Assembly: GCF_000150275.1 (NCBI RefSeq)
Contig: NW_002060949.1
Coordinates: 1,485,836 to 1,549,835 of the forward strand
DNA length: 64,000 nt
From: Trichoplax adhaerens
Taxonomy: Eukaryota > Animalia > Placozoa
Reading direction: 5' to 3'
Every line of letters starts with the position of its first letter. Positions within the stretch are counted from its first letter, which is position 1. Shown here piece after piece: positions 15,023 to 30,420 of the stretch. Position numbers and translations under genes: made by a program. The notes beneath the pieces were generated by a model that saw only the letters and a program-made list of their open reading frames with translations, made no database searches and had not been told where the DNA came from.

Positions 15023-18000
15023 ATGGCAGAATTCGATCTAAGCACGAGGATCGCTAGCAAACTAGATCGCCATCTCGTTTTCCCTCTTTTGGAATTCCTC
15101 TCTGTAAATAAGGTAATGATAAATCAATCTCTGTCGTATTAGAGTATAAAAAATCCTGCGATCATCAACTACTAGTGCTGTTGCAGCGTAGATTATTTCG
15201 TATTTGACTTTTCTGACACGTGTACTTCTTTCCCTACCGCCTGTTTGAGCCTTGTGAAAGCTCGAAATTGTAGAACGTAAAATTCTAAACGATAGTGGGC
15301 TAATGCCCATTTCAGGTCTAGACATCACTACATGTTGATATTTTTCTATCCATCGATTTGAAATGATAGTGATTACTTTATACAATGTTGACGCGTATGT
15401 ATCAAAGTATCTACCAATCCGACATGGCTACTGTACTCGCATGCAATTACTCTGTAGACGATAGAATTGCCGCTAGTAATCAACAGTACTGTACGGCAAA
15501 TCGTTTTAATTTACCAACTACAAAGTAGAAAAATGGATAACTAATAGGACAATCTTCTACTTCTTCGTAACGTCTTAATCTTAATAACGGATACTAACTT
15601 GTAGGCTTAGTACAGTTACTGCAATAACAGCAAGGTACACAATAGCGACCAAATTCAAAAGTTTAACTATACTTTTTCTACTCACGATCTACTTCATACT
15701 TTCGTTCAAAATTGCAAACCTATCAAATTAACTTCATCTTATAGCACTTTATATAAATTATTAGTCAAGATAGACAATACACTGTAGTTGCCGTATACAT
15801 ACGTAGAATTTTCCATAACAAAATTAATAATTTTGACAAGAAATCAGGAAATCGATATAGCTATTGTCTAGTGATGAATTATAGATTTTATCGATGATTA
15901 ATCCCCTACGTGTTAATGATAAAATTTATAGTCTAAAACTGATTAAGAGTGATATTTTCGGGTTATTAGATCTACAATGAGGATGATATCCTGAAAGGAA
16001 AGTTAGAGTTGTTAAAGAACACCAAGATGGTATGTATGCAATCTCCAAGTTTTTGCTATCCTTAAACTGCGACTATATATACTAAGTATGTACAGTAAAA
16101 GTGGACGACACCGTACTTTAGTAGTTCATGCTAATAATCACTACCCGTTCTTTCGATATTTCTGAAGATTTTTAAGACAATGATGTCGTAATATACTGTA
16201 GCACATTTTGATTGATCTACTACTAAAGTAATATATGTTACTAATGGCACAGGTGGATTTTGCTATGGACGTTCATAAAAAGCTCTACCCTGAAATGGAA
16301 GTACCTGAATGTAAGTAATACACCTATGTTCATTATACGTCGTACAAGTGTTATACTATACCTTTGTAACCCTCGCCAATGTAGGGCTATTCATATTTAA
16401 AATGGCCACTACTTTATGTACACTTTGTTAAAAGCCATCTTGTAATCTTTCATAGCATTCCGGGATAAGCGTACGGAAGTTGTCTCTGAATTAAAAAACT
16501 TTAGAGAAAAATGTACTCCAGTGGTTGAAGTCTTTAGCAGTGACGAAGATTTTATGAAATTATTACAGGATCACAGGTCTGAATAACATGTTTTCATGAA
16601 ATTCTTGTCAGTGTAGCGCAGTAATTGTTAAATTAGGAACACTGAAATTGTAGTTTTTATATTATTCCTGAAGCTAATGCTGTGATGTAGAGCAGGTCAA
16701 GTTATATATTAAATGAGTATAATCTACAGTTCAGTGATGAGATTTTTGCCGCCCCAGTCTGATTTTCTGTGGTGAATGGCTTAAAAATTCTGATTTCAAT
16801 GCACACGTACAGTATCTAAATATGAAACTGTATATAGGTTGCTGTTTTGTATACGCTATACGTTACGGAAATGGATATAGTAATTATAATCGTAGAAATT
16901 TATCGCTGTAATAACAGCTTTCTTTATCGGCACTCTTGCATCGATTATATAGGGATGGTCGCTATCTTTTCGATTACTTATCACGAAAACATAATGTAAG
17001 TTTATCCATTCATCCTATAGTAATGGTGTTGTTACTGCCGTCGATTCTGTATAACTAGTGAATTATTATATTAAATTTTCAGTATACCATTTGATAACGC
17101 TAATGTAACTTCCAAGTATTAACTTTCATAATTTACATATATAATTCGTACAATATCAGCTTACTGCTGTAATTTAGTAATAATTAAGTTACATTCAGTA
17201 TGCTAATCTATTGCAATCCACTAACTAGATACAACCTGATACATTGGACGCACTTTATGATTACGCTAAGTTCCAATATGAATGTGGTAATTATTCTGGC
17301 GCTGCGGAATATCTACACTTTTTTCGCGTTTTGTCACCAAACGCTAATGATCAGAAAGGGGAAAGTGCTCTTTGGGGAAAACTTGCATCCGAGATATTAA
17401 TGCAGAATTGGGATGTAGCCCTTGAAGATTTGCATAGATTACGAGAAGTAATAGATACCAATGTAAGTCAATGCCCTTATTGGTAAATCCAAGAACGTTA
17501 CAGTTAAACCATATAATGATTCCTATGAGAATCTTACAGATTATGCAAGCAAATGCTAAATTGAACACTTTTTATTCAATATATTTATATATCTATAGAC
17601 AACCTTAAATGTCGTAGAACAATTACAACAACGAACTTGGCTAATCCATTGGAGTTTATTTGTATACTTTAATCATCCAAAGGGCAAGGATGACCTTATT
17701 GAGTTATTTTTATATGCACCACAGTAAGTAATATTCATAAGCGTGTAATTTCTATACCGAAATCTAGATTAGGATAAATGTAATACTATACATAAACTGA
17801 TTATGATTCAACCTTTTATGAAAATCAATAGATATGTGAATGCGATACAAACACAATGTCCTTACATTTTGCGCTATGTGGCAGCGGCTGTTGTTATAAA
17901 TCCTACTAAGATTCGACGTGGAGTATTTAAAGATTTGATCAAATTTATCCAACAGGTATTAATCGGCTACTTTAGATGTAATTATGATTATACCCTCAAT

Positions 18001-18843
18001 CATCGGTAAAATATTTTCTATCATTCTAGGAATCTGGAGCGTATAAAGATCCAATAACGGAGTTTCTAGAACATATTTACGTCAACTTCGATTTCGATAA
18101 CGCACAGCAGATGCTTCGAGAATGCGAAACCGTAAATCAGTAAAATTTAGATCATATTATGTCTACAAGCCCTTAGACTAATTCTATTCATTTATTACTA
18201 TACAGGTCATCTCTAATGATATTTTCTTGGTAAGTAGCCTGGATGATTTTATTGAAAGTGCTCGTCGCCTTATCTTTGAAACTTTTTGCCGTATACATCA
18301 TCGTATCAGTATAAGGTAACTACTATTTGCTGGATCGAAAAGTTATATAAATATCATAACTACAAATTCTAAGTACGCTATATTGCATTGCAGTATGCTT
18401 GCTGAAAAGTTAAATATGACACAAGATGCTGCTGAAAGATGGATTGTTGATTTGATTAGAACCGCATTATTAGATGCCAAAATTGACTTAAAAGAGGTAC
18501 AACGAAATATTTCAAAAGCGTTAGTAATAAAATTTGTAAATGACCAAATGATTTTGTTATCAATTTCAAGGGGCATGTGATTATGGGAGTGCAAATGCCG
18601 TCGGTTTACGAACAAATCATTGAAAAAACAAAATCATTAACCTTCAAGACACAATACTTAATGCAAAATATCGAGAAAAAGACGAATATGCAGAAATCTG
18701 GTCGCGAGGGAAACGTAAGTTTTTGCATATGACGTTCGAGATTAAGATCTCTTTCGTAACGAACTTACATTTCAAGCGGCATTAATCTTATATATTTTCA
18801 CCTATTTCAGCCAATCTGGCATGGCCAGGAATCCAATTACTAA
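15023..18843 (+). CDS. EIF3E: Eukaryotic translation initiation factor 3 subunit E (INT6), multi-exon
   Basis: Exon 1 15023-15112 [30 protein letters not shown]. Later exons: [52 protein letters not shown] and the PCI-domain segment [22 protein letters not shown]. Last exon 18811-18843 [10 protein letters not shown]; AATAAA at 18969. Confidence 0.97.
16730..16797 (+). ncRNA. SNORD31: Intronic box C/D snoRNA, SNORD31/U31 (yeast snR67) family, guiding 2'-O-methylation of the LSU rRNA P-loop G
   Basis: C box GTGATGA 16734-16740; guide TGCCGCCCCAGT 16747-16758 antisense to LSU rRNA ACUGGGGCGG; D' CTGA 16759-16762; C' GTGGTGA 16769-16775; D CTGA 16790-16793. Lies in an EIF3E intron, in sense orientation. 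Confidence 0.88.
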
Positions 18844-19710
18844 GGAACACTTGCAACGATCCACCTAAGCATCCCAAGTGTTAGTGTTAGTGTACAATAG
18901 TATGCTCTGTAATTAAATATTAGCTGTATCATGCTACAAACGAGCACTATAATATCATCATTACAAAAAATAAAATTTCTAATTTACAATGTCATTCAGA
19001 GATTTCGTATTGCTTTATAGCATTAAACTGTATGTATACAGCATAACGATTAAACTGATTTTGCTATTATCTATCCAAACCGTAAAGTTAAAGTCTGACA
19101 GTCTCAGTCCACTATTGAACGCACCATACATTGTTTTTATACCCTAAGATTATAGTATAAAGCAAAAAAATCGTAGGCAAATCTCTGAAATGCACTCTAA
19201 GTAATTAAAACCCCTCTAATACTCGATTTAATGAAACTACAATTCTGTTAATTCCTATAAAATAATCAAATTAAGAGATAAAAATACTATTTAGCGAATT
19301 TGAATTACATGTCGTAATTATGCACGATTAGAGGTGGATGATAGCAAACGGTAAACTGGTTATAGCAACGAAGCGTGATTAAATACTACTCGACCGAGCG
19401 CATGACTAACTATTAAACCCAACATTAGCCGATTGTATCAAAGTTTATCGGCAACGATTGCTTCTACGAGTGCGTATACTGTATTGTTGTCATTAGTTAT
19501 AAATCGAAGAGGGGTGACACTTAATGCCAACTTCTTGTTATAGACAATGTTACCACATTGAAGACCAATTTGTACTTGGTAAGGTATCCAACTTATTCAT
19601 AATTAATGCCACAGAAGTTGATTCAAAATTATTTGACACACGCCTTTCTTATAGTGAGAATTATTTACACGAGGCAAAGTACTAGCATAGAATATTCTAC
19701 CAATGCCCAT

Positions 19711-19874
19711 GTAATATTCAGCTTTAGCTATTATTTACGGTATCAATCAATCAATTTAGCCTTACCAATTTGTGATACTAACCAATATCCGTGCAGTGTT
19801 TAGTTTTAGCTATTATTTACAGTATCAATCAATCAATTTAGCCCTACAGATTTGTGACACTATGACGATATGCG
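19711..19874. repeat. Two-copy 82-bp tandem duplication
   Basis: TTTAGCTATTATTTAC(G/A)GTATCAATCAATCAATTTAGCC...TTTGTGA at 19723 and 19805. Confidence 0.85.
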
Positions 19875-22800
19875 CAATTTTAAAATCGCAAGATACCAAG
19901 CTAGAACTAAACATAAAATATAAAACGGCTAAATCGGGAGTACCGTAAACAGCAATTTGCTATCAATTGTACAATTTTGATAAAAATTTAATATATTAAA
20001 TTTTGATCATAATAATTAATCTACCGAATAACGACATATTCGATATTTACCAAATCTAAAGTATTAATACGCGTATATTAAAATTTATTTCCTATGTACA
20101 ATACAATACCCTATACAGAGGACAAACTAATATACAGAACTATACAACAAGAGACATCTAGACATGACTTTAGCAATTAATGTACAGACAGATAGAGTAC
20201 ACTACAATCATTACGTATGCATAAACCCTGATATAAAGGGATCATTACCACTGCTGATGCTGCTCGAGCTTACTTTAGCGTAGTATTGCATCCAATAATT
20301 TGAACCTGACTTCTGTATCACTAAAATGAATACACATAGACTGTATATACTAGTAGTATACTCTCATTATAATACTCATAAAAATCACTCTTCATCATAT
20401 TTTAGAGATTCTTATACTTTATTCAATTTGTGAAGTTCAAGTCATGATGATAAGTTCGTACCATTGTATTATTAAACAAGCATACTCTCTCATCATAACA
20501 CTCTTATATATATTAATATGTGTTCTTCATAATTTGTAATGTTTCAGTGATTTATTATTAAATTCAGCTTATGAGATTTGAGCTCGGACAATAAATCAGT
20601 ATCATTGTATTGATAAATTTCGTATAACTTGATACTTGGTATCAGTAAAATACAGTAGTCACAATTATGTTTACTAAGGTCATCAATTATTATTATAATT
20701 GCTATAGAACCAAGTTTTAATATACAATTAGAAAATTAAGAATGACTTCATCATTAATTGACAAATAATTAAACTACTTGTATTCATAACCTGTTAGTAG
20801 ACGCTACAGTCGTCGATATATTAGAATAATAAATTGGATTCTGAAATCTATTGGTATCAATCTGAACTATTTGTTGCAGCCAGTAGGACAAACATCTTCA
20901 ATATTACCATTCAGGTGTTATACCTATCTTGCACTTTCTATTTAATGGGTACAGATTATTCTCTTCTTTGTAAGCTTTTAATGATATGTTTAAATCTATT
21001 TTAAAATTAATGCTTTGTAATGATAGCGTCAAAGCGGTTATTAACTAATTTAAATCCAATAAAAAATTTTCAATGCTTACCTATTGTACTAGGGCTTATT
21101 GATATTGTTATAATCGTAACCACTAAATTATATAACATTGATGTACAAGCTAATTGAAATTGATTAGATGTAGAATCTTTTAATGACCGTTAAATATTCA
21201 ACGGTGCATTATACTTTGAATCTTTTTGGATCAAATAATACCATGTTTGCCATCTGCGTCATGGTTTATTACAGCTGTTAAATATAACTAATTGTTATTA
21301 AATCTAGCATATTGTCTTGATCATACAATATGTTGTTACTGTAATAAATTTTACCCAATCACGTACAATAGTTATGTGTCTAATTCACACGTAGATGCTG
21401 GGAGCTAACTTTAAGTTTTAATCTATATACAAGACAGTGTATTTGATACCATTCAATACCCCCACCCCAATATCGATTGCCATTCTTCAAATAAATTTAG
21501 TACGAATAAGATATAGTAGGTTCAAGTTGACTTTGCGAAGCAACAGGTAGCAATGGCGCTAATTAATATTTTTTATTAATACTTCCGACTTCTTTAGCCT
21601 TAATTACGATTTACACAATAAGTTTTTCTCTCCTTTATTCCTTGTTAATTTTAACTTAATTTAGTTTCTGTTCGTTAATTTTGAATGATAGTGATTACTA
21701 TCATCCTTATATCATATTTTACTAGACCAAAATGCTCAACACAAAATGTACTCTTGGTTTTGTTTCTTAAAAAATAAGATTCTATTCGCTAGGTGACCTT
21801 ATGGTTTTATAAACTGTATTGTTTATTGAACAGTCAATTTAATAAGTTAGACGCTAATTATAGGAAATACTGTAAACTCAAAAATGATCACTCTATGGTG
21901 TAGTTTACTACCGCATTAACGAGCGATCCTAATAATGTCGAAACAGTAAACAATAACTAGTTTGAATTCGGAACATTAATTATTTATGGCCATATCTTCT
22001 ATACACAATAACTTGACAAGATGAGTTACAGAAACAAACAGCTGCATACTAAAGATTGCAATTGTTAACGGAAAGAGGATAAAAAAGGATAATGTATTAC
22101 TTAATATGTTGTCAATGGCCGGCTTAGAAGTAATTTTGAAACATAGGATTATCTTATGTCACTATCAGTCGTCGTTTATTCGCATTACCTGAGCTATGAT
22201 GATAAAAGGATAATTACATCATCATCTTTTATATAAGTATCTTTTTAAAACATTACGGTATATCATTAACGATGTATTGATGTATTAATAATTGTAATAT
22301 CGATCTTAATTTTAAGATAATAAATTAGCGTCATCATTCAAATTCACCTATTGTATAGCAATAGAATAAGACATGAACACATCAACAATATAGAATAGAA
22401 TTATATTATTGTAGGATATAAAATTTACATCGCTAATCAACGTTTAATTTAGATAACTCTATAGATAATAAAACCCATCAGAATACAGGTGTTCTCATGA
22501 TCTTAATAGAATGAATTTTTCTAACGGCTATCGGCCTCTTTTAATTGATATCCAAATTAGTATAACAATATAATTTTTAATTATAGCAGTGTTTCTTATT
22601 AATAACTCAATAATGAGCAATGACCATGATCAACTAGTAAAGTATATCAACACCTAATAAGTTATATTACGAGTCCAAATATCGGTTCTTTTCTTCTATT
22701 ACAATTTTGGAAGTGTTTTAATTTAAACTTATTAGATATTTACAATGATGAGCCTAGTTTACACGATAGACTTTTCCATTAGCTATATTTTCAGTAATAG

Positions 22801-25800
22801 GTAACGTCATCGTATCGAATAATCGCGCTTTTCAAGGGCTAATTAAGAAGATAATATCATTGTTTTCTATTGATTTCTATTACTATTTCTAAATCACAAG
22901 ATGGTAACATACTATAATATTCAAGTCATAGACACTCCCCCTATTGAAAGAAGCGTAGAAATTAATTAATTGAGTAATCCAAAATTGTACTTCCTATTGA
23001 TGCAACGGTCACTATTTGCAGTTTCTCTGTAATTATTATTGTCGATATACCAATCTACTGCTAGTTGGCGACTAAGTGGTAGATCTTGAGTTAACTTGAG
23101 ATGTGATTGTCGGAGAAGCTGTAAAACTTGACATAGTCGCAGACTGAAAAGTGCTAAAATGTACGTCTAAATCAAGCTAATTGTGCTCATACTGCTGTAG
23201 ATCTATTTAGTAAGGCGATAGTTAACACTTTAATATATTAATTTATGCCGCAATTTACTATCGTAGGAAACACGATGAAACCTTTAACGATGTTTTCATA
23301 ACGATTTGATAGCACCTGTAATTAGCAAAACAGCCTGTTTATAAAAAAAATAATAGTAAGTATAATAAGCAATCTTCAAGGCGATGTCTTTATTTTGGTT
23401 GTTACGCAACAAATATAATTAATACAAAAAGGATAACAATAAATCGAAGAAATAATTATGGCTTATATACAATATGCCTTGTATGAAAGCGTAAATAGAA
23501 CAACCTCTGTTTAAGACAGAGTACTTTCTCTTGGTATTTTAACAACTTGATGATGGTATACCAATTACATTATAATTATACTAAAATATTATTATATTAC
23601 AATTCCGGTTGATCAATCCTTTCAGAGTTAATTATTGACTTTACCCCTAACCATATGGCTATTATCATTGATAATAATTAATAACTGATGCATTTATTAT
23701 AATGACATTCTTATGCCATTACGAGGCTACTGAAGGCATCATGTACCGTATATTGTAATAGGCAAATAGCTTTAGAATACGAAGAAAAATATATCATAAC
23801 GATGAATTAAATAATGAAAATTTCATAGGTGATTGATCAATATTTTCATTTGTTTGATGCACCTAAGTCATGTTTTGCAGATCATGTTACTCGATAGTTA
23901 CTTTAACAAATAAAAGTTACAAAATCCTATCAAGATACCTAAATTAGGTGGCGAAATCAATGATACAACTTGATTGATCCAAATCTAAAATCATAGTTAA
24001 TTGAAACATAAAGTAAGACTCCACGCCGTGATATTGCTATATTTAATTCTTAAAAACTGATGGGAATCCATTGCAGTATTGCGCTAAGAATTAGTATCAG
24101 AAGTACTTAAGTCCTAGCGCAAATACGCGACACGGTATGGACAATAGAGGTTATATTACATTTATTCTTAATTTATTCCCGATTCTTACAATCTCAGGCC
24201 GTAAAGCAACCAATAGAAGAAGTTCTACCGGATATCCTGCATCGCTAAGCATGTCAATTTCAATTGAGTAATTTAGTAATAACAAAAAACGCTTTGAGTA
24301 TAACTGCATAATTTACTCATGATGATTAGTGTTTATTAATTATTTTATCAAACATTGTAAAACGATGTAATAGTTAATTAGCAATTAATCAATCGCTCAT
24401 GAAATACTTGCTTAACATTAAATGTCTGCTAGAAAATTTATCACTAGTCCATCTTCCTTTAAACCGAAAAAGACTTTGATACTTGTCTCTACGTACCGAG
24501 TTCAATCAGTAATATAGAAAAATGCGTCTAATTCTAAACACCAAACTCCTGAGTGCGGAATAAATTGCGGGTACTATTCATTACTACTAGCTTAAGTACA
24601 ACCCCTTAACGTATTGAATAAGGTGCTTCAGCATCCTCTCTATTCGACTAATACTTTAAGGCGCTATTAAAAATATTTCAATATAAGAATGGAGCGTTTT
24701 TGTTACTACTTGAGCTGCACTCGAGCACTTCATCGTGCCATACTATGGTACTTACCTAGAGCTTCTACAAGAAAAGGATGCTAAAAAATACGAAAGAGTT
24801 CATGTAGCTAATTGCTAATATGAAAAGTAAATACCTGATCCATCTATTGAAGGTTGAAATAGTTCAGATAATAGTAGAACGTATATGTAATCATTAGCAA
24901 TGACAGTAAAGTTATTTTAGATTATTTCAATGAAAACCTTTCAACGATAGATTTACAAGATCCTGCATAGTATGCAAGTCATCAAACAACAGAGTTTTAC
25001 TAAATGTTTCTCAGATACAGTAAAGTATTTAATCAACCATTAAAATTTTGTCGCATCACAGGTAATTTCGAATAGCACTATTAGTATCTACACTTGATGA
25101 ACTTTTATGTCAACATTAGCGCCTACTTCCACAACTGCATCATTTCACGTACAGTACTATAAGGATAGTGAAAGTCATAATAATTTATTAACTTACCAAA
25201 TTATTTTTTACGCATAATAAAATCAATATATCGTACAAAATATCTAAATCTATAAGATCTACGTTATTGAAATTATATAGACTAATTAATCTAATCCTCC
25301 ATCGCATTATTGACTGATCATGCCTCATCTTGTGAAAAGAATCTCTATATAAACGTATTAATTTTTTGCATTTCATGATCAATGCCATTATCTAGATGAA
25401 CTTGCCAGTTTATCATTATACTGAGTTAGAGATTATTATATACTAATACTAAATTGTACTTGATTCAGCCGAATAGTACCTGGTATCTATTGCAGATAAA
25501 ACTTTTACAGTAACTCTATCTAATCAAGTCAAAGTTGTAGATATTGAATTAAGATAGTATTTTTACTTTGGTACACACTCAAGAGTGCCTTTAAAACTTG
25601 TCATGGATCGTCAGTAATGGATAAAATAATTCAATAAATCGTGGTATTTAGATGAATTTTTAGGTTAGAACCTGGTTGATAGAAATATTAACTAGTTGTT
25701 TATGATATATTTAGTAAGGATATACAGTATTACATGATACGTATATTTATATTTTACGCAATAATTAATAATTATGATTATAAGTTGCAATATATGTATA

Positions 25801-28079
25801 TTTATTTATTCCATGATTCTCGGATTTAATGATAAAAACTGTTGATTAACAAGCTGATTAATTTTGAAATGATAATACAAATGTACTAGTTTACTAGACT
25901 TTATTTTGCAGTTAAACATTTAATAAGATTGCTAAATAATTTATGACTTATTGCGCAAAGCTTGAATCATTCCATAAAAGAAAGTTAATACCAAATTGAC
26001 AATTAATGAATAAAAAATGTTATTGATCATGACTGTTACTATCGTCAACGAATTTAAGAATTACTGTACTCTGCTTTTACTCATACGTCGCCTTTTGCTA
26101 TGATACCCTACTAATAGGTAGAAACATGACTAATAAATCTATAGTAAGCTAATAAATCATTGTATTCTATATCTTTATTGCACACAATGAACTATTATAA
26201 CGATATTACTGTAGCACTAGGATAGGCAAAATAGATCATTGTTAGCAAGGAAATATAAAACTGTAACAAGAGGCATAACAGTAGATGACATAATTTTTTA
26301 TTTACTATATTAAACAATTACATAATATCTTTAAGCATTATTCGAGGAATATAATATTTTTAGTATTGTTTAAAACTGAACGAAATCAATATAATTTACA
26401 GGATAGGTAATAATAATCAGGCATTACATGACGTATAAAAAGTATTATTTGAAAATAATTTTATTGCTAGCGTGACTATTGCTTAGAACTATTTTACGAT
26501 GTGGATTAAAATTGGCTATCGTGATAATATTCAACTCGGTGAAAAAAATTTTCATCATTCATTAAATGAATATACCAGTACGATATTAAACAGCTTAAAA
26601 ACCATAATATCGTTTATCTATCATCAATACAACTCGGTGATTGAGCGATACAACGATTACTGTTCAGAACAAAATTTAGTTACAAATTGATAAGTAATAA
26701 AATTATATAATAATGACTAAGTAACTATAGCGATTACGTAAAAATCATTGAAACAAATAATCCTTATGATGACATCAGTGTCATGGGAATGTACACTAAC
26801 ACAACCATCTCTGTATTCATTGCATAGTAAAATAATAAGAAAGGGCCGTTACATATGTTGATTACTCATTGATAGTATTTAGAAGAATGTTTAACTATTG
26901 TTAAGATAAATTACAATAATACTTATCTTCAGACAAATAGTGAGATCTTAGTTATTTAGACTAAAGTTTTTCCTTAATGATAAATTGATTTTATATCCGT
27001 ATCTGTCATAAAAGTAATTGCATCTTGTACAGCCGTGATCTATCAAAGTATCGAATTTTATAATTTAATTTATCATCTAATATGATTAGGAAAAAGTTCT
27101 GTACCACATTATAGAACAAATTCTATTTTAAATATCTTACTACAGTATACAAGTAGACGTGATAATACGGAATCAACAGTCTACAGATGGTTTTTTATTG
27201 TAACTGATTTAAGAGGCATACTGCATGCTAACGCTAAGGTTAACAACGACTCTACTGTACTGTATATCTGAATGATACAATGAAAGAGTCGGTTCTATAA
27301 TAATAAAAACTTTGTTTAACTATTAGGCAAACGATCATCAATAAGATCATTGTACTAATAATCTCAGACAAGGAAATAAGCAGCAAGTTTCCATCATTTT
27401 ATATTATCATTCTATATTAAGTTTAATTTGGTGAGAAAAAGACTTAAAATGTTCTTGCCAAAATTGATTAGCGATTTTAAAGGAAGAAATGATAGAAGAT
27501 GGTATATTGACATATAAAATTTAATACGCGTACGTTGATTTTTAAATGGCCAAAAATGTCAATCTTATTCATAGATCATGACAAGAGGAAGACCTTAACG
27601 ACTTGTGCTAAGAGCTAGTCAATATCTTAAACATATAATACCCTTTTATAATCACTGTAGAGTTGACCTTATTTCCTTTTGAAGGCAAGTCTATCGATAA
27701 ATTAGTTTGCATTAGGCATAAACGATAAATAGACTTATAAAATCATCCCTTATCTGGTCTATTGATTAATACCATAACAATAGTGTAGTAAATATCAGTA
27801 TGTAATTGTTCTCATTAGAAGTAAAATGCTCTCTTTCCTTTCTCAGTCACTGACGTCAGGAGAAAAATAAATTTAAAAACATTACAGTAATAGAATTGCG
27901 ATAAAGCTAATATTAGCATGTTGTATTATTATTTATCTGTAGGTTGTCTTAATTAAATTTGATCTACAGTACATGAGATAAAATTTTTAATCTTAAATGA
28001 TTTTTAAGGATATACTCGTAGATCAAATAATTAAAAAATAGAAGCCAATTTAATAATACGGTATGTCTCAATCTATCTT

Positions 28080-28109
28080 TATATATATATATCTATATAT
28101 ATATATATA
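28080..28109. repeat. (TA)n microsatellite
   Basis: TA run interrupted by a single C. Confidence 0.85.
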
Positions 28110-29699
28110 GCGTGTATTTGAATGGATAAAACCATTAAAAGATGCGGCTAAATTTATTACTTAAAGGAACAAAATGTAATCAAAAATTGATATCTCTTCA
28201 TTGATTATAGCTTACTTGACAACAGTAGAATGTAGCATTTAATAGCTTTCTTATCGCTTTCAATCGAAATTAAATAATGGCGACGCTATAAAGAAATCAA
28301 CAACAGTAAATTTTATTTATCTAGATGAAATAATTCTAATGCATCTATATCGCCTGAGATCAAAAGGCTCTACCATGTTATGAAAGATCTGATTTAATAT
28401 AAGATCTATTATAAATGTTACGAGATTGGTTTGGAGACACCCAACCTACATAATTATATTATCTTATTCAATAACGGATTCAAAGTATAATATTCCCATG
28501 GAATCAGTATGGAGAGTTATTTAATCGATCAAGATAAGCTAAATGATAATTAAAGAGTAAATTGCGGACGGGTATCTTGAGTCATTTCTATTTTAACGTG
28601 CAGATCATTTTTGGGAAGAATAAAATGACGGCCTATTGCTATCCTTTAAAATGATTAAGGGATAATTCAAATAGTTGTTACTTAATACGAGATAAGAGTC
28701 ACTATTTGTGAAAAAAGTCACAAGATAGTAGCGTAAGGTATACATTTGGAGACATTTTATGTCAATATTGTGAAGGCATCAATTATTTTTCATGCATCAT
28801 TTTCGTTCAGGCTAGGCGTCGGCTTGTTAGTTGATCGCTACGTGATTAAGTCATTAAGTATATTTCCGATAGCCTATTTGATGATACAACCTGTTGTTGA
28901 ATGTCCTAAAGTCTCAACCCCTGTAATTCTTATTTTGCTTACGTAAACATTGAAGCAATCAGTGTAATTGGTCATTTTCTATACAAGATCAGTGATTTCA
29001 AGTAGATTGATGCTTTCAACTACAGAATCGGTAGACTAGATTAGATAGAAGTAAGTCAATTTTAACTTTCGATGTCTGGGTTGCTTGCTTTCTCTCACCG
29101 TTATATTGTACACGTCTGTAAAGAAATGTAATCATAGTAACAATGAATCAGCAATAGGGTGGATTTATCGTGCAAGAAGAGAAAAAAAATGGATTGTTCA
29201 TGACGATTATTAATGGATATTGATCATTCTATTCGACAATTACTAGGAATCATAACTTAGGCTATTGGTACTTTACAGGTGCATTAATTTTTTGTTGCTT
29301 TAGATAAAGATCGACTATAAATTGTATAGGGTTTAATTTTCAAGCATAACAATACACTTGCTGTCCATGTTGTTGTCATCATCGCTGATTGTAATTTCAT
29401 GCTATCGGTCGTGCTAGCGACACCGTTGTCAACGTTGTAGGAGATGATGATTTTTTTTTCCCCCCTTTTTGGATATCCTATGTCAATCCCCATTTAATGA
29501 TGTTATTTGTCAACTGGTATTGACATTAGAAACAAGAGGCAGTTGACTCACACGCGATTTCCACACTCTGTTCATTCAACACCCACTAACGGTTGTATTG
29601 TTAGATGATCGATGATCGATCAGGATAAAAGGTGCCTATTGAATGCAGTAAGACATTCATCAATTGGATAGAATAACGGTTATCTAGAACTCGGCACGC

Positions 29700-30420
29700 G
29701 ACCAGCCCCTATTGGTCGGTCAATATTTTCCCACGTCTTGATTGGTCGAAGGGTATGGGAACTAAGGCAGTTCTGTGGGAATAAACACCTGGTCCTAGTA
29801 ATAACATATTAACAAGTTGAATTATACTAACTAAGTAGGCTTGATACCAGGAGGAAAGTAGATTCAATTTCTTTGCAATAGCTAGCTAGAATGATGGGAA
29901 AAGATGCTTCTGCATCATATGAGCTAGCAATCAACGGCAGTCAGCGTTTTTTCTAGCTTTCATTCTCTTCTACATGGATTTCAACTAGCTACATTGAGAA
30001 ATCCAACCGTTAAATTCAATCAGTTGGAGGACATTATCATGTGATTGTTGTTCCCTCCCCTTATTGGTTCATTTAGGGAAAGGAAACAAGCAATGATAAT
30101 AAAGTAAACACAAGCATGAAGATTGCAAATCTCAGGTTAACACTCTTCCAATCAATGGTTCATCACTTTGCAAATCACTGGAAATTAACACATTGACGTC
30201 AAGTTGATGCTAGCGAAGATTGTAATGATTGCAAGCATTCAACACAATTGATTAAACTTGTTATTTCCACCATATTCTAAATCCAGCAATCAAAAGACGC
30301 CAAGAGAACTAATCACGTGTCCATCACTAAACAATACTAAAGTGGTAAGATTTCCCGCCAGTTACCTTGAAAGAAAGGATATAAAGTCTCCATCGAAAAC
30401 AATCTTATCCCATTAGATTT
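29700..30420 (+). promoter_or_regulatory. Putative promoter/regulatory region of the orphan gene: CCAAT boxes, CRE, E-box, E2F site, TATA
   Basis: ATTGG at 29711, 29741 and 30063; CCAAT at 30148; TGACGTCA 30194-30201; CACGTG 30314-30319; TTTCCCGC 30351-30358; TATAAAG 30380-30386. Confidence 0.5.

Noticed and set aside
25188-29493. Short 63-69 aa ORFs in the gene desert
   Set aside because: AT-rich chance ORFs without motifs or splice support.
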